Shown: piece after piece, positions 58,971-64,000 of the stretch | Layout: each line of letters opens with the position of its first letter | Position numbering within the stretch: the stretch's first letter is position 1 | NCBI GenBank assembly: GCA_964387615.1 | Contig: CAYLXT010000001.1 | Location: 1,516 to 65,515 of the forward strand | DNA length: 64,000 nt | Direction of reading: 5' to 3' | From: an uncultured Ruminococcus sp. | GTDB taxonomy: Bacteria; Bacillota; Clostridia; Oscillospirales; Acutalibacteraceae | Made by a program: the position numbers and the translations under genes | The notes under the pieces: model-generated | The model's input: the letters and a program-made list of their open reading frames with translations, nothing else | What the model was told of the DNA's origin: nothing | Database searches by the model: none

Positions 58971-60493
58971 ATAATACTATACGAAATACTTACGTTGGAA
59001 TAATTGCGCATTTTATTACTATTGTTTTAAATTTTATAAATAGAACAATTTTTATTAAATTTTTGGGTGTCGAATACTTAGGAATTGGCGGATTGTTTTC
59101 TAATATTTTATCTGTACTATCTTTGGCCGAGCTTGGTATAGGTGTTGCAATGGTTTATAATTTGTATAGGCCACTTTCGGAAAATAATATTCCAAAAATC
59201 AAGGCATATATGAATTTTTATAAGAGTTCGTATATGATAATTTCAATTATAATTTTATTAGCCGGATTACTTATAATGCCGTTTCTTGATTCAATTATCA
59301 AGGAAAAACCAAATGTTGATAATTTTTCGCTAATCTATTTATTGTTTTTATTAAATACTGTAATTTCATATTGGTTTTCATATAAACGTTCAATCTTTTC
59401 TGCTGATCAAAATGAATATGTGAATACTGTTAATCGTACGCTTTTTTCCATAATATTAAGTGTGGGTCACCTTTTGATTTTATGGATTTTTAAGAGTTAT
59501 TTAATTTATTTGATTGTTACTATCGTTTGCACTTTGGCTTCTAATCTTCATATTTCATATCTATGTGATAAAAAATATCCTTTTTTAAAAAACAATAAAG
59601 AAAAACTCGCAAAAGAAGAAAAGAAAAATCTTTTTAAATATGTATTTGCGCAAATGTCACATAAGTTTGGCGGTGTTGTTGTAAATGGGACAGACAACAT
59701 TTTAACTAGCGCACTCGTGAAAAACGGACTCACAATTGTTGGAAAATATAGCAACTATACTCTTTTTACATCTACATTGAGCAGTGTTATTAATATGTTT
59801 TTTTCTTCGGCATTAGCAAGTGTTGGTAATTTGAATATTACAAGCGATAAAACATATTTAGAAAAAACGTTTAATAAAATGTTTTTTATAAATATGTGTC
59901 TGTATGGAGCAACAACGAGTTGTTTGTTTGTTTTAGTAAATGATTTTATATCACTTTGGGTTGGAAGCGAATTTTTGCTTTCTAAACATATCCTCTTAAT
60001 AATTGTCGTTAACTACTACATTTTAGGTATGAGGCAAACTTCAACAGTGTTTTTAAATGCACTGGGTCTTTTTACAATAAATAAATATAAACCATGGATC
60101 GAAGCTGTAATTAATTTGGTGGCATCTCTAATATTTATTAAGTATTTTGGATTTTTTGGGGTTTTGTTAGGCACATTAGTTAGTAATGTTACAACGAGCA
60201 CATGGATTGATCCTTTGGTTGTTTATCGATATGGCTTTTGTAAAAGTTCAGCAGTATATTTTTTAAAATATTTTATTTACTTACTTGCAGTTATCGCAAT
60301 GACGACGATTTCTCTCTTTTGCACATCCTTCATTACTGTATCAGGATGGGGATTGTGGTTTTTTAAGGCAATAATAACACTATTTTGTTGTGGTATCGTG
60401 ATATTAACTTTATTTGGTAAGACGCAAGAATTTAGTGATTTAATTATTTTGCTCAAAAGACTTATTAAAAAATCAATTCAAAGGAATAAGTAA
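58958..60493 (+). CDS. wzx: Wzx-type oligosaccharide flippase (MOP/PST family)
   Basis: A 511-aa polytopic protein with 12-14 TM segments and a typical N-terminus (RNTYVGIIAHFITIVLNFINRTIFIKFLG..YLGIGGLFSNIL). Confidence 0.85.
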   Translation: MSRLNNTIRNTYVGIIAHFITIVLNFINRTIFIKFLGVEYLGIGGLFSNILSVLSLAELGIGVAMVYNLYRPLSENNIPKIKAYMNFYKSSYMIISIIILLAGLLIMPFLDSIIKEKPNVDNFSLIYLLFLLNTVISYWFSYKRSIFSADQNEYVNTVNRTLFSIILSVGHLLILWIFKSYLIYLIVTIVCTLASNLHISYLCDKKYPFLKNNKEKLAKEEKKNLFKYVFAQMSHKFGGVVVNGTDNILTSALVKNGLTIVGKYSNYTLFTSTLSSVINMFFSSALASVGNLNITSDKTYLEKTFNKMFFINMCLYGATTSCLFVLVNDFISLWVGSEFLLSKHILLIIVVNYYILGMRQTSTVFLNALGLFTINKYKPWIEAVINLVASLIFIKYFGFFGVLLGTLVSNVTTSTWIDPLVVYRYGFCKSSAVYFLKYFIYLLAVIAMTTISLFCTSFITVSGWGLWFFKAIITLFCCGIVILTLFGKTQEFSDLIILLKRLIKKSIQRNK

Positions 60494-60529
60494 GACGATA
60501 ATATATTAATAATAAAAAGGAGAACGAAA

Positions 60530-61576
60530 ATGTCACTTTTTAAAAACAAAACCCTACTTATAACCGGTGGTACCGGATCTTTTGGTAACGCCGTACTTAA
60601 TAGATTTTTGAATACCGATATAGGTGAAATCAGAATTTTTTCACGAGATGAAAAAAAGCAGGATGATATGCGTCACGAGTTTCAGGCCAAAATGCCCGAA
60701 GTTGCTGAAAAGATTAAGTTTTATATTGGCGACGTGCGTGATTTGGCTTCGGTAAAAAACGCAATGCACGGTGTTGATTTTATATTTCACGCAGCTGCGT
60801 TAAAACAGGTGCCTTCTTGCGAATTTTTTCCGATTGAAGCAGTGAAAACCAATGTAATCGGTACCGAAAATGTGCTCACCGCGGCAATCGAAGCGGGGGT
60901 TAAAAATATAGTTTGCCTTTCTACCGATAAGGCGGCATACCCCGTTAACGCTATGGGTACAAGTAAGGCTATGATGGAAAAGGTAATTGTCGCAAAATCG
61001 CGTACAGCAGACCCAGAAAAAACCAAAATATGCTGCACGCGCTACGGCAACGTTATGTGCAGCCGCGGTAGTGTTATTCCGCTTTGGATCGATCAAATCA
61101 AAGCGGGTAAGGATATAACCATCACCGAGCCTACTATGACAAGATTTATAATGTCACTTGACGAGGCGGTAGACCTTGTGCTTTTTGCATTTCAAAACGG
61201 TCATTCGGGCGATATTTTGGTTCAAAAGGCGCCTGCTTGTACTATTGAAACACTTGCCAAAGCTGTTACCGAGCTGTTTGATTCCGATACAAAGATCAAG
61301 GTTATCGGTATTCGTCACGGAGAAAAAATGTATGAAACACTTCTTACCAATGAGGAGTGCGCGCACGCTACCGATATGGGTAATTTTTACCGTGTGCCGT
61401 GTGACAGTCGTGGTCTTAATTATGATAAATATTTCAAAGAGGGTAATATTGACCGCAATCCTCCAACCGAATTTAACTCAAATAATACCGAACTGTTAAG
61501 TGTCAGTCAGGTTAAGGAAAAGCTTTTAAGCTTGGAATATATTCGCGAAGAATTAAAGGCTTGGGAGAGCAGATAA
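60530..61576 (+). CDS. capE: UDP-N-acetylglucosamine 4,6-dehydratase (inverting)/5-epimerase, CapE/FnlA/WbjB type
   Basis: Near-colinear with S. aureus Cap5E as recalled from memory: LLITGGTGSFGNAV...IRIFSRDEKKQDDMR...HAAALKQVPSCEFFP...STDKAAYPVNAMGTSKAMMEK...TRYGNVMCSRGSVIPL. Confidence 0.93.
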   Translation: MSLFKNKTLLITGGTGSFGNAVLNRFLNTDIGEIRIFSRDEKKQDDMRHEFQAKMPEVAEKIKFYIGDVRDLASVKNAMHGVDFIFHAAALKQVPSCEFFPIEAVKTNVIGTENVLTAAIEAGVKNIVCLSTDKAAYPVNAMGTSKAMMEKVIVAKSRTADPEKTKICCTRYGNVMCSRGSVIPLWIDQIKAGKDITITEPTMTRFIMSLDEAVDLVLFAFQNGHSGDILVQKAPACTIETLAKAVTELFDSDTKIKVIGIRHGEKMYETLLTNEECAHATDMGNFYRVPCDSRGLNYDKYFKEGNIDRNPPTEFNSNNTELLSVSQVKEKLLSLEYIREELKAWESR

Positions 61577-62739
61577 TGAATATTCTTATAACCGGCGCCA
61601 ACGGTTTTGTCGGTAAAAATCTTACCGAAGCGCTTAAAAATATCCGTGACGGCAAGGATAAAACACACGGCGATTTAAAAATAGGGGAGATATATCTTTA
61701 TGATATTGATTCCAATAAAGAAGTATTAGAAATTGCCTGTCAAAACGCGGATTTTGTGTTTAATCTGGCGGGGGTAAACCGTCCTAAAAATAACGACGAG
61801 TTTATGCAGGGTAATTTTGGTTTTACAAGTCTTCTTTTGGAAAAATTAAGAAAGTGTAATAATACTTGCCCTGTTATGCTTTCTTCTTCGGTTCAAGCAA
61901 CCTTAGAGGGCAGATATGATACCGATTATGGCAGAAGTAAAAAAGCGGGCGAGGAGCTGTTTTTTACCTATGCTCGTGAAACGGGTGCCAAGGTTTTGGT
62001 ATACCGCTTTCCAAACATTTTTGGAAAATGGTGCCGCCCGAACTACAACAGCGTGGTTGCAACCTTTTGTAACAACATTGCTAACGATTTAGATATTACC
62101 GTTAACGACCGAAATACCGAGCTTGAACTGTTGTATATAGATGATTTAATCGAAGAAATGATTTTGTGTTTGCGGGGTAATGCGCGCAAAAACGGCGATT
62201 TTTATGTGTGCCCCATAACACATAAGGTTACACTTGGCGAAATTGTTGATTTGCTTTATCGATTTAAGAATCAACCCCAAACACTTATGATGCCCGAAAT
62301 ACCGCAGGGCAGTTTTGCTAAAAAATTGTACTCAACCTATCTTTCGTATTTACCAAAAGAAAAGGCAATTTTTACTCTAAAAATGAATTGTGATGACCGC
62401 GGTAGCTTTACCGAGCTTTTAAAAACCGAAAAATGCGGACAATTTAGCGTTAATATTTCAAAACCGGGTATCACCAAAGGTCAACATTGGCACCATACGA
62501 AATGGGAATTCTTTATTGTGGTTTCCGGTCGAGGACTTATTCAACAAAGAAAAATCGGTACCGATGAGGTGCTGAATTTTGAGGTTTCGGGCGAAAAAAT
62601 TGAAGCGGTACATATGTTACCCGGATATACCCATAACATCATAAATCTTTCGGACACAGAAAATTTGCTTACACTTATGTGGGCAAACGAACCGTTTGAC
62701 CCAAATCATCCTGACACTTTTTTTGAGGTTGTGGAATAA
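61576..62739 (+). CDS. capF: CapF/FnlB/WbjC-type bifunctional 3-epimerase/4-reductase (SDR plus C-terminal cupin)
   Basis: MNILITGANGFVGKNL...GKWCRPNYNSVVATFC...VTLGEIVDLLYRFK...DDRGSFTE...ISKPGITKGQHWHHTK...MWANEPFDPNHPDT. The ATG overlaps the capE stop. Confidence 0.92.
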   Translation: MNILITGANGFVGKNLTEALKNIRDGKDKTHGDLKIGEIYLYDIDSNKEVLEIACQNADFVFNLAGVNRPKNNDEFMQGNFGFTSLLLEKLRKCNNTCPVMLSSSVQATLEGRYDTDYGRSKKAGEELFFTYARETGAKVLVYRFPNIFGKWCRPNYNSVVATFCNNIANDLDITVNDRNTELELLYIDDLIEEMILCLRGNARKNGDFYVCPITHKVTLGEIVDLLYRFKNQPQTLMMPEIPQGSFAKKLYSTYLSYLPKEKAIFTLKMNCDDRGSFTELLKTEKCGQFSVNISKPGITKGQHWHHTKWEFFIVVSGRGLIQQRKIGTDEVLNFEVSGEKIEAVHMLPGYTHNIINLSDTENLLTLMWANEPFDPNHPDTFFEVVE

Positions 62740-62755
62740 TAATTGAGGTTTAAAT

Positions 62756-63940
62756 ATGAACATGAAATTTAACTATTCAGACGTAAAATTTAAAAAAAAC
62801 GGTAAGCTAAAGCTGCTTATAATCGTTGGCACGCGGCCCGAGATTATTCGTCTTGCCGCAGTTATTGACAAATGCCGAGAGTATTTTGACTGCATTTTAG
62901 CGCATACCGGTCAAAATTACGATTATAATTTAAACGGTGTGTTCTTTAAGGATTTAAAGCTTGATAGTCCCGATGTGTATATGGATGCTGTCGGTGATGA
63001 TCTTGGCTCTACTATCGGCAATATTATTAATTGCTCATACAAGCTTATGAACGCGATTAAGCCTGATGCATTGTTAATTCTTGGCGATACAAATAGTTGC
63101 CTCTCGGCAATTGCGGCAAAGCGGTTGCATATTCCGATTTTCCATATGGAAGCGGGCAATCGCTGCAAAGACGAATGTCTCCCTGAAGAAACAAACCGAC
63201 GTATTGTTGATATAATCAGCGATGTTAATCTTGCTTATTCTGAACATGCAAGAAAATACCTTCACGAATGTGGTCTGCCAAAAGAACGCGTATATGTTAC
63301 GGGCTCCCCAATGGCAGAGGTTTTGAGCAAAAATCTTGACGATATAACATCGTCTGACATACACGGTAGGTTAGGAATAGAGAAGGGTAAATATATTCTG
63401 CTTTCTGCCCATAGGGAAGAAAACATTGATACCGAAAAGAACTTTTTATCATTGTTTAACGCTGTTAATACTATTGCCGAAAAGTATCAAATGCCAATTC
63501 TTTATTCTTGCCATCCACGCTCTAAAAAAAGAATTGAAGAAAGCGGATTCAAGCTTAATCCCTTAGTTATACAGCACGAGCCTTTAGGCTTTCACGATTA
63601 CAACTGCCTGCAGATGAATGCATTTGCCGTAATTTCTGATAGTGGAACACTACCCGAAGAGTCAAGCTTTTTTACAAGCATTGGAAAATCGTTCCCCGCT
63701 GTATGCATTCGTACCAGTACCGAGCGTCCGGAGGCGCTTGACAAAGCCTGCTTTGTTCTTGCGGGTATTGATGAAAAAAGCTTATTGCAATCTGTAGAAA
63801 TGGCAGTGTCACTAAACAACGACGGTTTTCACGGCATACCTGTGCCCGATTATATTGAAGAGAATGTTTCTACCAAGGTTGTAAAGATTATTCAATCATA
63901 TACCGGTGTTGTAGACAAAATGGTTTGGAGAAAATTTTAG
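62756..63940 (+). CDS. capG: UDP-N-acetylglucosamine 2-epimerase (non-hydrolysing), CapG/FnlC/WbjD type
   Basis: LLIIVGTRPEIIRLA...HTGQNYD...LGDTNS...HMEAGNRC...EETNRRIVD, the WecB-family signature. It follows capE and capF. Confidence 0.92.
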   Translation: MNMKFNYSDVKFKKNGKLKLLIIVGTRPEIIRLAAVIDKCREYFDCILAHTGQNYDYNLNGVFFKDLKLDSPDVYMDAVGDDLGSTIGNIINCSYKLMNAIKPDALLILGDTNSCLSAIAAKRLHIPIFHMEAGNRCKDECLPEETNRRIVDIISDVNLAYSEHARKYLHECGLPKERVYVTGSPMAEVLSKNLDDITSSDIHGRLGIEKGKYILLSAHREENIDTEKNFLSLFNAVNTIAEKYQMPILYSCHPRSKKRIEESGFKLNPLVIQHEPLGFHDYNCLQMNAFAVISDSGTLPEESSFFTSIGKSFPAVCIRTSTERPEALDKACFVLAGIDEKSLLQSVEMAVSLNNDGFHGIPVPDYIEENVSTKVVKIIQSYTGVVDKMVWRKF

Positions 63941-64000
63941 TTATTTGTATAAACGGGGTTGACAAAACGGATAAATTTAAATACAACTTTTTAATCTTGA

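Noticed and set aside
1-64000. CRISPR arrays, rRNA genes and recognisable defence or toxin-antitoxin cassettes
   Set aside because: No regularly spaced repeats, rRNA-like sequence or characteristic defence domains were seen on either strand. The only repeats noted are the tRNA-Gly duplication and the ATP-grasp paralogues.

Overview
This window looks like chromosome from a low-GC, spore-forming Firmicute, probably Clostridia (inferred from gene content and synteny). Nt 1-39.8 kb is a dense core-genome stretch. It holds radA, upp-rpiB-tsaB-tsaE, fba, coaD-rsmD, rplS-lepB-rbgA-rnhB-yraN, thrC, tig-clpP-clpX and one tRNA-Gly(UCC). It continues with yicC-remA-gmk-rpoZ-priA-def-fmt-rsmB-rlmN-stp-prkC-rsgA, mntP, comEC-holA, an RNase M5-like Toprim gene, a WYL regulator and rpsB-tsf. 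From 39.9 kb to the window end, directly after the tsf terminator, lies a roughly 24 kb Wzx/Wzy-type polysaccharide locus. It contains two PglC-type priming transferases, a DegT aminotransferase, a disrupted NeuD/PglD-type acetyltransferase, ATP-grasp genes, seven or eight glycosyltransferases, an EpsG polymerase, a Wzx flippase and a capE/F/G-like UDP-L-FucNAc module. An IS110 remnant and a visibly mosaic base composition mark it as accessory DNA. Four observations stand out. (1) The window opens inside an element that ends with a large serine recombinase gene and abuts a 5'-truncated cwlD, which suggests a sporulation-gene intervening element. (2) A 57-bp duplication of the tRNA-Gly 3' end plus its terminator brackets a structured 126-bp insert. 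(3) The glycan locus shows pseudogenisation and IS-mediated replacement, plus a possible hydroxy-acid or aminoacyl decoration module. (4) An orphan WYL regulator overlaps the end of a comEC-holA-Toprim gene string. No CRISPR array, rRNA or recognisable defence system was seen. All functional calls rest on motif and family recognition by eye; no searches were run.
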